Origin: a virus
Taxonomy: Duplodnaviria; Caudoviricetes
Reading direction: 5' to 3' (one strand)
DNA length: 64,000 nucleotides
Virus record (IMG/VR): IMGVR_UViG_3300028533_000484
Span: 1-64,000 of that record
Numbering within the stretch: the first letter of the stretch is position 1; each line of letters starts with the position of its first letter. Below, piece by piece: positions 1 to 9,182 of the stretch. Both the position numbers and the translations under genes were made by a program. Below the pieces are notes generated by a model. The model had not been told where the DNA came from. It did not search any database and saw nothing but the letters and a program-made list of their open reading frames with translations.

Positions 1-1643
1 GGAAGAAACTCTCAAGAAATGCAACAATATGTATCTATGAAATCAACTAAATCAATCAAAGGAGAAAAAAATATAAATGGAACTTGAAGAATTAAAAAAG
101 TTTGGATACGAGGAAAAGACTATATACGATACAGCTCAGGAAACTTTACCAGATGGAAAAAGAGTTACTACAGAAACACCTATAAGCTCATATTTTATGA
201 AGATTTACAAATTCGAAAATGGATGGATTAAATGGAAAGTTTGCGTTGAGGATTCTGAAATTGAAGGTCTTTGGAATGTAGGATTGACAATACAAACTAT
301 TGACGGAATGGATGAAGAGGAGTTTGAGAGTCCAAATAACACTGATGATTTATTAGTTTTGTTAAGTGAGCATACAGAAAGATGTTGTCAGATTAAGAAT
401 TTGTAAAAAAAATATTTGGAGAACTTACAAAGAAGTTTTATTAGAGCCCTTTACAATTATTTGGAAGGATTCGACACATAAATACAATTCCGCTACAAAC
501 CTTGCAATTTTCGAGAAATTTTAAAATGTAAAATACCTATATTGTTAGTGTACAGAGGAAAAACTCTATGAGCAAGAAAAGAAATATTTTACAAGTTCTT
601 GATGAACTGATCGATACATTAACAGAAATTTCAATTTTATTCGGTAAAAATCTGAAAGAGAGTATGAGAGATGATTTGTCTGCACTAGTCAATAAATCAA
701 GAGAATTGATAGAATGGGCAGACAAACATTTTGATGACTTGAAAGAAGAAAATATAAAAGATGTAAACAAGCGTTTTGACGAACTCATGGATACAATTTC
801 TATTTTAATGGCAAGATATAATGTATCAACTAAAACGGAGGAAACAGAAAAAGTATACAAAGATCTTGTTATCAATTTGGAAGTTCTTGGTAGACGAAAC
901 AACGAGTTGGAGAATAAATATCATTTAGGTTTGCATCAGCTAAAACCATCTTTAACTGAAGGAATTGCTTTAATTAAAGCAGGATTAAAAATGCTATTTG
1001 AGGATATTGATTGGGAATTTGTAGAAGGTAGAAAAGCTACAAGTAAGAATTTGTAAAATATTGAATGGAGGAGTACAATGGATAGAAATGAAATGTACAA
1101 AGAAATAAATCGATTGAATGGTATATTGAACGAAAAGAACTCTTCAAAATCTAAAACAATGACAATTCTAGATGTAGCAGAAGGCCTAGGAGAAATTGTT
1201 TCAAAGCTCTCTTTTCTTAAAGGAGAAAAGGTTTCAGAAGCTATTTATAAGAATCAATTTCACGATTTAAAGAGCTTTACAGAGCAAAATAAGAAAAATG
1301 TAAAGTATTTTGATGATTTGAAAAAATCTATTACTGATTACTATACAAGACTCCAGAATGTAAATCATCTCGAACATAAATTATTGAATAACGAATTATC
1401 AATTCTTTCTGATATGCGAAAAGATGCAGAAACAGGTTTCAAGATTATTTTACAACAGATTAAGACAACGAATGATGAAGCCCAAAAGAAAGAATGGAAA
1501 GATTTGTATAATTCTTATAAAATGGCAATAAATATTGCTCTTAGACTTGTAAGGAATCGACTTCAAAACGATGAAAAGTTCATAAAAGTTTTTCGAACAG
1601 GTATAGATTTTATCGAAAAATATGAATTACAGGATTTAGAAGA

Positions 1644-2507
1644 ATGTTAAAACATTACACGGGTGGTCGGATGAATTATTTACAGTTTAATGATAAAGGA
1701 AAATTCGAGTCAGAAGAGCAAGCTTTAGCAGACTATTTCGGTGAAGGTAATTATACTGGTTTCTACAAAAAACATTTCCTTCGAGATAAGTTTTCAATTA
1801 CAAAAGATGATTTTATATCCGGGGACATCGATGTAATGTTCCATGCAATAAAAAGGTTAGGAATTGAATATTCTTATAACGATTGTCCTGAATCATTAAA
1901 ACCTTATTTACATCGTAAAGTCTGGGAAGATGAGCTTGGAAACATTAGGAAAGAAATCTTTGCAGAAGGTTATCTTAAGAATCCAATTTTCATTAAACCA
2001 AAGGATAAACTAAAACGTTTTACTGGCTTTGTTTTAGAGACAATCGATGATTTAGCAAATTGTAAAGGTGCTGGAAATCAAACAAAAGTTTGGTGTAGTG
2101 AACCTGTTACATTTGTAGATGAATTTCGAGTTTATAGATTGCATCAACCTGACAGTGCTGCGACTACTTATAGCTTCGGTTGTCATAAAAGGAATTTTAA
2201 TTTTCAAAACCTTGAAAAAGCAGATATCTTTATAAGAAGTCTACCTTGGAGTAATTTACCAGTAGCTTGTGCAGTAGATGTAGGAATACTATCTACAGGA
2301 GAAGCTGCTTTAATTGAAGTAAATGATGCTTTTAGTTTAGGTTTGTATAGAAGTGTTTGTTTAGAAGTAAGTGCTCCTCCTGGACCAGACTTATACAGAA
2401 GTATTCGTTGGCCAAACGAAAAAGGATCAGCAGACTATCTCAAGTTTTATTGCGAATGTTTAATTGAAAGATGGGATGAATTGAAAAGGAGTGCAATTAG
2501 ACTATGA
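1644..2507 (+). CDS. ATP-grasp domain protein (DUF4343/R2K-like)
   Basis: PIFIKP..KRFTGFV, SEPV.F..EFRVY and AVDVG...LIEVNDAFSLG motifs. Confidence 0.75.
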   Translation: MLKHYTGGRMNYLQFNDKGKFESEEQALADYFGEGNYTGFYKKHFLRDKFSITKDDFISGDIDVMFHAIKRLGIEYSYNDCPESLKPYLHRKVWEDELGNIRKEIFAEGYLKNPIFIKPKDKLKRFTGFVLETIDDLANCKGAGNQTKVWCSEPVTFVDEFRVYRLHQPDSAATTYSFGCHKRNFNFQNLEKADIFIRSLPWSNLPVACAVDVGILSTGEAALIEVNDAFSLGLYRSVCLEVSAPPGPDLYRSIRWPNEKGSADYLKFYCECLIERWDELKRSAIRL

Positions 2508-2565
2508 AGAAAAGAAGAAAATTATCGCTCGCTTCCTGTAAACTATTTGAAACTATATTGAAAAT

Positions 2566-3462
2566 ATGATTCTAACTGAACAGCAATATAAAAACTTAAA
2601 CAGAAGGTATTTTCACGGTTCCCAAAATGGAAGATTGAATCCAAAAGAAGGTCGCCAGAATTTTTTATATCTCTCTAATAGTTTTGTATACTCTTCTATG
2701 TATGCTTGCCAAATTGATCCTTTACGTGGAAGGGTTTTTGAATTTAGGTTGAAGGAAGGATTGAATATTTTTAATGCAAAATGTAAAAGTGATTTATTGA
2801 AGCTTAAACTTCATGCTCGGAAAAACAACATTGATTGGAAAAAATTGGAAAAAGAAGATTGGAGTTTGTTAAAATCAAAAGGTAGTATTATAAAATTAAT
2901 TCGAGAGTTAGGTTTTGATGGTTTCTTTGATTGGGAGTGGACTGATAATTTAAGAAAATACAGAGAAGAAGTTGAAGGAGAACTTAAAGGTCAATTTTTA
3001 GATACCTCACCGGCTATAGGTATTTTCGATGTAGAAAAACTAAAACAAGTTCAAACTTACCAATATTCTGAGTATTTTGAATTTGACGATTTTGTGAAAA
3101 TATATAATGCTGAAAAACAAACTTTGAAAAATTATGCAGGTACCCTTTACGTAAATGAAAAAGATTTGTATCCTGCGATTTTGTATTATGCTCAAGACCG
3201 TTTTTTATTCTTAACAGAAAAGGACTTAGAAGAAACTTTAAACGATATTTCTGATTATGCTAAAAGTACCGAGTTTGAAATAATAGATATTTTAGATGAG
3301 TGTTTAAAGTTTGATGTTTCTAAAAATGGTAAATATGAGTTAACTGAGGAGTTGCAAGTTCGACCTGTTAATAGTAAACTAAAGGAGCAGTTTGGAAAAA
3401 ATTACGAGAAGTTTTACAGAGAGTATAGAAAATTAAATCGAGAGTTGCACATTAAGAGTTGA
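2566..3462 (+). CDS. ADP-ribosyltransferase-like protein (ART-PolyVal-like), paralog 1
   Basis: YFHGS, LYLSNSFVYSSMYA, GRVFEFRL..LNIFNA and LGFDGF pattern; paralogous to 7326..8087. Confidence 0.55.
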   Translation: MILTEQQYKNLNRRYFHGSQNGRLNPKEGRQNFLYLSNSFVYSSMYACQIDPLRGRVFEFRLKEGLNIFNAKCKSDLLKLKLHARKNNIDWKKLEKEDWSLLKSKGSIIKLIRELGFDGFFDWEWTDNLRKYREEVEGELKGQFLDTSPAIGIFDVEKLKQVQTYQYSEYFEFDDFVKIYNAEKQTLKNYAGTLYVNEKDLYPAILYYAQDRFLFLTEKDLEETLNDISDYAKSTEFEIIDILDECLKFDVSKNGKYELTEELQVRPVNSKLKEQFGKNYEKFYREYRKLNRELHIKS

Positions 3463-3500
3463 AGATTGTATAATTATTTGAAAGGAGTTGCCATAGAAGA

Positions 3501-4220
3501 ATGCTAAAGTATTGTATAGCAAAAAAGCTTCATTTAATAGAAAAATCAAATTACAAAGGTATGCTTAGACCCTTAATAGGTGCTTCTCTTCAGGAAGTTT
3601 ATATAAAAGAAGCTTATAGAAAAACAGATGAGCAAATGTGTATAGACTTTGTATATTTACTTAAGGATTTTCTAAACGGAGAAATTTCTACAGACCTTTT
3701 TCTAGACTTTCAAGAGCAGCATGATTTCGAATTACGCGCAGTTACTGGTGAAGAGTTAATACACGCGGATTATCATACTCAATCTCGAAAAATTCATTTA
3801 TACCTTTCACAAGATATTTTAGGAAAAATTTCTCAAGGTAAAGATTTAGAAGGTATTGCAAAAAACATCTGGGCAAACTTTATGCACGAAGATACTCATG
3901 CTCAACAGCAAAAAGCTAGTAAAGTAGCTATAAAAAGGAATTACATTCCTCCAGAGAGTTTGGATTGGAAAGATGACCTTGAAAAATCCTTAGCTTACTT
4001 TGATCAAGCTATTGAAGCAGATGCATATGGAAGAGGAATTGCAGGTAGACTTATTGCTCAGTATTCAAAAAAAGAGGATATTTATAAAGATGCAGCTGAA
4101 AATACAGTAAAGGATGCTTATGCAGCAAAAGTCATCAATATTTATAAAAATCCAAAATGTAAGAATTCGAAAAAGTTTTTTAGAGCATTCTTTGATGTTC
4201 TACAAAACAATGATCTATAA
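3501..4220 (+). CDS. Zincin-like metallopeptidase (HEDTH), paralog 1
   Basis: HExxH (MHEDTHAQQ) plus downstream EADAY. Confidence 0.65.
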   Translation: MLKYCIAKKLHLIEKSNYKGMLRPLIGASLQEVYIKEAYRKTDEQMCIDFVYLLKDFLNGEISTDLFLDFQEQHDFELRAVTGEELIHADYHTQSRKIHLYLSQDILGKISQGKDLEGIAKNIWANFMHEDTHAQQQKASKVAIKRNYIPPESLDWKDDLEKSLAYFDQAIEADAYGRGIAGRLIAQYSKKEDIYKDAAENTVKDAYAAKVINIYKNPKCKNSKKFFRAFFDVLQNNDL

Positions 4221-4247
4221 CAACATTATGAGAATTTTGACAGAAAA

Positions 4248-5042
4248 ATGAAAACAATAAATTTTAAAAATTATCAGGTAAAAACAATCTCTTTAAAAGA
4301 AGGTTTATGTAATCAAATTTTAACAGAGGTCTACAAAAAATCTGACAAGTCTTTATTTTTAAGTTTTTTTAGGAATTTAAAGGATTATCTTTTAGATAAA
4401 AAAACTAAAAAAGATTTTGACGATTTCAATGCAAAAAATCATTTTGAGCTATTTCAGATAGACTCCGGCTTAAGTGGATACTATGATATTACAGAAAATA
4501 AGATCGTTTTTCTTTTAGATAAAACTACTTTAGATTTAGTAAAGCGGTTAGATGGGGAGAAATTGTATAGAATAGCTGATTATGTTTGGACAGCTTTTGT
4601 ACATGAGGATACTCATTTTCAGCAACAAAATAAAATTGATAAATCGATGAGTAAGAAAGGTTTAGAACCTTTAAAAATAAGTAAAGATTACATTCAATAC
4701 GACCCTGATTTACCATACGATTTAGATATTGAAAGAAATGTAAAATATTTTTCGAATCAGTATGAAATAGATGCTTTGGCTAGGGAAATAGGAGAGAAAT
4801 TAAAAATTCTTTATAAACTAAATGGCGAAAAGGATGAAAAAGTAATTCACGAAACTGTTGGGGATATTTTTGAGGATATTAAAAATAACAATCTGCCAAA
4901 GAATAATAAAATCGTAGATACTGAAGAAATTAAAAAAGTAATAAACATTTATTGGGACCCTAGAATTAGTAAAAATGTGAAACTTGACTTTTTTGGAACG
5001 TTGTTTGAATACCTTTACGAAAGAGAGGACGGCACAAAATAG
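4248..5042 (+). CDS. Zincin-like metallopeptidase (HEDTH), paralog 2
   Basis: VHEDTHFQQ plus EIDALAR. Confidence 0.65.
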   Translation: MKTINFKNYQVKTISLKEGLCNQILTEVYKKSDKSLFLSFFRNLKDYLLDKKTKKDFDDFNAKNHFELFQIDSGLSGYYDITENKIVFLLDKTTLDLVKRLDGEKLYRIADYVWTAFVHEDTHFQQQNKIDKSMSKKGLEPLKISKDYIQYDPDLPYDLDIERNVKYFSNQYEIDALAREIGEKLKILYKLNGEKDEKVIHETVGDIFEDIKNNNLPKNNKIVDTEEIKKVINIYWDPRISKNVKLDFFGTLFEYLYEREDGTK

Positions 5043-5713
5043 AATGCTAACAATTCAAGAAATCTTATTTGGTTTAGTAATAATTGTAATTACAGTTACA
5101 ACTATAGTTTTACTGATTAGCATAATTTTTGATCATCGCAGAAAAGAAGAAATTATTCGACAAGTGGAAGAACGATCCAGAACTTTTAAAATTGAAGGAA
5201 ATCGTATTACAGTAGGTTATCGATATGAGTGATGAAGGAAGAGATCAAAACATTTAAATAAAAACTTACGAATGTAAGGAGGAAAAAAAATGATTGAGCC
5301 AATGAAGCAGTACCATTTTGAAAGAAGTGCATTTTGCGATACGTTTGAAAAAGTTTTTGGGGATGATGATACCATTGATTTTATCAACGGTGAATTTGGA
5401 AGCAAGAAAGGACCAAGCTCAGGATTTAATTATGAAACATTAAACTTTAAGTGCTTCTGGAGAGATGAGGACTATCATATCCTGGATTTAGAAACCGGAG
5501 TATTGATTGTTTGGTACAAAGGTTTGCATCTTGGAAGAATTAACAGATGCTCTCGTCCTGATTTTACTCTAGAAGATTTTGAAAAGATGTTGACCAGGTT
5601 GAATGTAGAGCTGATTGAAACTTACGGTGAAAATAAAAGTTCGTAAATGTCCCACGAATTCGAAAAGTTTTTTAGAGCATACTTCGATGTATTGCAAAAC
5701 TATAATCTATAGC

Positions 5714-6442
5714 ATGACATGTAAAGATTGTAGTAAAACTTACAAACTCGGGGAAAGTCATACAATTAATTTTGAGAGATTTGATGACAAGGATTGGGTC
5801 TTAGATTACGAAGGTCAACTAAAAGAATTCCACATATCTAATGTTTTGAGAGAAGCTTACAAAAATACAGATACAATCTACATAGATCAGCTTTTAATTT
5901 TAATTTCCAATGCTTTGCAAAACTTTGATATTAAAGATGTTGAAAACCTGAAAACAAGTGAGTTTTTAATTCAAAAAGTTTCTGGAAAATATTTTTCAGA
6001 TGCAAGATATGAACCTGCAACAGGTCTAATAAAAATTTTTATAAATGAAAAATGCTTGCAAGACCTAAAGGATTACAAGAACATACCTAACATTGCTCAC
6101 TTTATAAAAAGCTCTTTTACTCACGAAGATACTCATAGACAGCAAGATGTTGTATCTAATGGGAAATTTCTCAAGTCTGGTAACTATTTAGATTTTAAAA
6201 AAGATGAAAAAGGTTGTATAAATCAAAGAGTTGAAATCGATGCTTATGCACGTCAGTGCGGATTTGAATTGAAAAGTCTTTATCCAAACGAAAAAGTCGA
6301 CGATATATTTAAAAGAGTTTTTAAGTTAGATATAGATGATGAGAACCTAAAAACTGTACTTAAATATCTTTTTGATAATCTGACTGTAACTAATCAAAAG
6401 TTTTTCCTAAGAAACTTGTACGATTACTTGGAAGATTCTTAA
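5714..6442 (+). CDS. Zincin-like metallopeptidase (HEDTH), paralog 3
   Basis: THEDTHRQQ plus EIDAYAR; start moved to ATG 5714, 7 nt after an ACTATAAT box. Confidence 0.65.
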   Translation: MTCKDCSKTYKLGESHTINFERFDDKDWVLDYEGQLKEFHISNVLREAYKNTDTIYIDQLLILISNALQNFDIKDVENLKTSEFLIQKVSGKYFSDARYEPATGLIKIFINEKCLQDLKDYKNIPNIAHFIKSSFTHEDTHRQQDVVSNGKFLKSGNYLDFKKDEKGCINQRVEIDAYARQCGFELKSLYPNEKVDDIFKRVFKLDIDDENLKTVLKYLFDNLTVTNQKFFLRNLYDYLEDS

Positions 6443-6634
6443 AAAGAATTTTTTAGAGTGTAAGAAATTGCAAGGAGTTGTAAATCAAGAATGATAGTTA
6501 AGGTATTTTACGAAAATAAAACAGATCCAACAAAAAGCTTTTCTCAAAAATTTGAAGATGTAGATAAAATTGAAGAGGTTGAACAGGTAACCGACCGCCG
6601 AGATGAGTTTGCAGATCACTATGAATATGTTTAT

Positions 6635-6684
6635 AGAAAGCGAGCGTAGAAAAATGTTTGGTCTTTAACCGAATATCTGTTCAC
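6635..6684 (+). mobile_element. About 50-bp non-autonomous IS200/IS605-type mini element (single palindrome)
   Basis: TTTAT|AGAAAGCGAGC..AGAAAAATG matches the left end of the TnpB element at 29837; hairpin TGTTTGG-TCTTTAA-CCGAATA; ends TTCAC like the TTCAA right end. Confidence 0.7.
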
Positions 6685-6771
6685 TCCGCAGGAAGGATGG
6701 TACGCAACATGAAAGACATCCTTGTAAAAGTTTTTTCGATATACTACAAAGTAACGACCTATAATATTATT

Positions 6772-7311
6772 ATGAAACTTTCAGAAGAAATCAAAAAAGA
6801 AATAAAAAGAGAATCGGAAGAATACCTCAATGAAATAAAATCAGGTACAGATCAATATGGTGGTCTTACAAAAGAAGAAAGAGATGAATTGGGAGCCTTT
6901 TACACGCCACCAGACCTTTGCTGTCAAATGCTTGAGATGTATGATTGTACTTTGGAAGAATTTACAACAAAAACAATTTTAGATCCAACTTGCGGAAGTG
7001 GTAACTTGATAATGGCTGCTTTAATTGCAGGTATCTCTATAGATAAAAAATATCCTGAAAAAGTTTTTGGAAATGAATTAAGTTTAAAACCTCTTGAATT
7101 GTGCAGAAAACGTTTTACATATTATTGCGAAACTCATGACTTAAAAGAATATGACAAAGAGTTTTGGAGATGGCATCTGCATTTAGGAGATGCTTTGAAT
7201 AAAGATTGTATTGACAAAGAGTTGTTTGTAGAAAGCTATCGATACGACCCAATAAAGAATAAAGTAACTACAGATATCAAAAAGAAGTTCACTTTAAATA
7301 GAAGAAGATAA
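6772..7311 (+). CDS. N6-adenine DNA methyltransferase-like protein, SAM-binding half only
   Basis: GAFYTP, ILDPTCGSG, FGNEL and GDAL motifs; no (D/N/S)PP(Y/F) motif IV. Confidence 0.7.
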   Translation: MKLSEEIKKEIKRESEEYLNEIKSGTDQYGGLTKEERDELGAFYTPPDLCCQMLEMYDCTLEEFTTKTILDPTCGSGNLIMAALIAGISIDKKYPEKVFGNELSLKPLELCRKRFTYYCETHDLKEYDKEFWRWHLHLGDALNKDCIDKELFVESYRYDPIKNKVTTDIKKKFTLNRRR

Positions 7312-7325
7312 AGTTTGGAGAAAAA

Positions 7326-8087
7326 ATGTTAATTACGGAACAAAAACTAAAAAGACTCGGAAGATTATTTTACAGAGGATCCTTGTATCCTGATTGGGAC
7401 GAGAGTCTATCTCTTTTTAAGTGCTTCTATGTAACTTCTGAACCTTCATATGCTCTGTATTATGCTACAGATGAGGAGTCTCATAATGTAGGGTATGTAA
7501 CAGAGTTTTATCTAAACAAACCTTGCAATCTTTTTAATGCGAATTCTGATAGAGACTTCCAAATACTTAAAACACATTTGACAAAAACCGAAAGCTCCAT
7601 ATCCTTACAAGATTTAAAAACTTTGCGTACAGAAGATTGGCTTTTATTAGGTCCTAGTAAAAAGGAAGAATTGATAAAGTATCTAAAAGAACTTGGTTTT
7701 GACGGTTTTGTAAACTTTGAACGTGTAAAAGGTTTTTATCTAAGACGAGACTTCGGAAGGATAGGATCTTTTTCAGGTATTGGATTATTTAATTCTTCAA
7801 AATTCTTCAAACAAGGAAAACAATACAAAGGTTTTTCGGAAATATCCACAATTCCAAAAGTAAAAGCTGATATAGAAAATGAACTAAAACATATAAAGAT
7901 GTTTGCAGAAGATAAATTTGATCTTGTAACTAGTAAAAATGATTTGATTAACCTAACCAAACTATCAGGTGTAAACAAATATCTTGTTACTTTGGATGAT
8001 ATTAAGAGTATAGTAAATGATCTAAATCCAGAAGAATTGCGAGAAAGACTCAAATTAGAAAGCCATAGAAAGTCTTTTAGAACTTAA
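7326..8087 (+). CDS. ADP-ribosyltransferase-like protein, paralog 2
   Basis: FYRGS, FYVTSEPSYALYYA, NLFNA, EDW and LGFDGF; aligns by eye with 2566..3462. Confidence 0.55.
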   Translation: MLITEQKLKRLGRLFYRGSLYPDWDESLSLFKCFYVTSEPSYALYYATDEESHNVGYVTEFYLNKPCNLFNANSDRDFQILKTHLTKTESSISLQDLKTLRTEDWLLLGPSKKEELIKYLKELGFDGFVNFERVKGFYLRRDFGRIGSFSGIGLFNSSKFFKQGKQYKGFSEISTIPKVKADIENELKHIKMFAEDKFDLVTSKNDLINLTKLSGVNKYLVTLDDIKSIVNDLNPEELRERLKLESHRKSFRT

Positions 8088-8638
8088 TTTAAGATTGTGC
8101 TCGCAATAAAAACAAAACATTGAGGAAGTTCTTTAGTTAAAGTTTTCAAAAGTTTTTAGAAAAGCCTAGAAACTTAAAACCTATACTATAGGTTGTAAGA
8201 AGTTCAGTATGGAAGATCTTGAAAAACAGATTCGAAGTTTTATAGCTGCAACAATTTTAGTACATACAGCTTGTGTAAGTTATAGTTTGACGGAATCTGA
8301 AAATCTACAAAATTCAAAGTACGCGTTTGATCTTACAGATGTGCTTAAAGCAGCTGATAGAGCAACTAGAGCATTCTCTTACATAGATAGAAATAAAATC
8401 AAAGGTATTTTCAACGATACTGTAAAAGAAAATCTTTTGAGTTTAATAGATGCTGCAATTGTAAAAATCGGAGAAACGATTGAATTCTTGCACAAAGTGA
8501 AAACTGAAAATCAAAAAGAAGTTCTGAATAAAGTCTCAAGTTTAGTTGATGATTTGGAGCTGTTGAGAGAAACTACAAGGTAGAGTTGCAAAAAATTAGG
8601 CTTTTAGAATATAAACTTTTTAAGAGGAGATACAATTT

Positions 8639-8752
8639 ATGACAGATAAAGTAAAAGCAATTAAAGAAGCTATCGAGAATGGAACATACATTCTCGATAT
8701 AGAGACTACAGCAGAAAAAATCATCTTACTTGCTTCCTTGGATTTGTTTTAA
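8639..8752 (+). CDS. flgM: Minimal FlgM-like anti-sigma28 factor (37 aa)
   Basis: Translates as MTDKVKAIKEAIENGTYILDIETTAEKIILLASLDLF, matching the FlgM C-terminal pattern KV..IK.AI.nG.Y..D....A.K; GAGGAG RBS upstream; below the ORF-track cutoff. Confidence 0.8.
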   Translation: MTDKVKAIKEAIENGTYILDIETTAEKIILLASLDLF

Positions 8753-9135
8753 GAAATGATAGATTATAGCTTTATAGAATGCCATATTGCAAAAAGCAAT
8801 ATTGGTGAACATGATAGTGACAATCGATTTTTACTTGAAAGAATAGATAAACAAATAGACAGCTGGCAGGAGGAACATCCAGGATGTACGTTAGTTGGAG
8901 TTTGTTACGAATATCCACATACTTTTTGTGAAGGTTACTATCCAATAGTCTATGAAGATGAAAATGGAAATCGTTTCTGGACACATTGGTGTGTAGATAG
9001 ATACAAAGAATTTTGTGCAATAAATCGCTTTTAGTAAACTATTTTACCACTTTTGAAAGATAGATCCGAAAAAGAAGTAAATCCTTTTTTGAAAAACTAA
9101 ACTTTCAAAAAACTATACTTTTTCTATAAAAACAA

Positions 9136-9172
9136 TTTCAAAGGCAGTTCTCGAAAAAAATACTGCCCGAAA
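9136..9172 (+). promoter_or_regulatory. Leader RNA stem abutting the RBS; fifth copy of the tRNA-cluster stem motif
   Basis: TTTC-AAA-GGCAGT-TCTCG..AT-ACTGCC-C-GAAA followed directly by GGAG. Confidence 0.7.
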
Positions 9173-9182
9173 GGAGAAAAAA

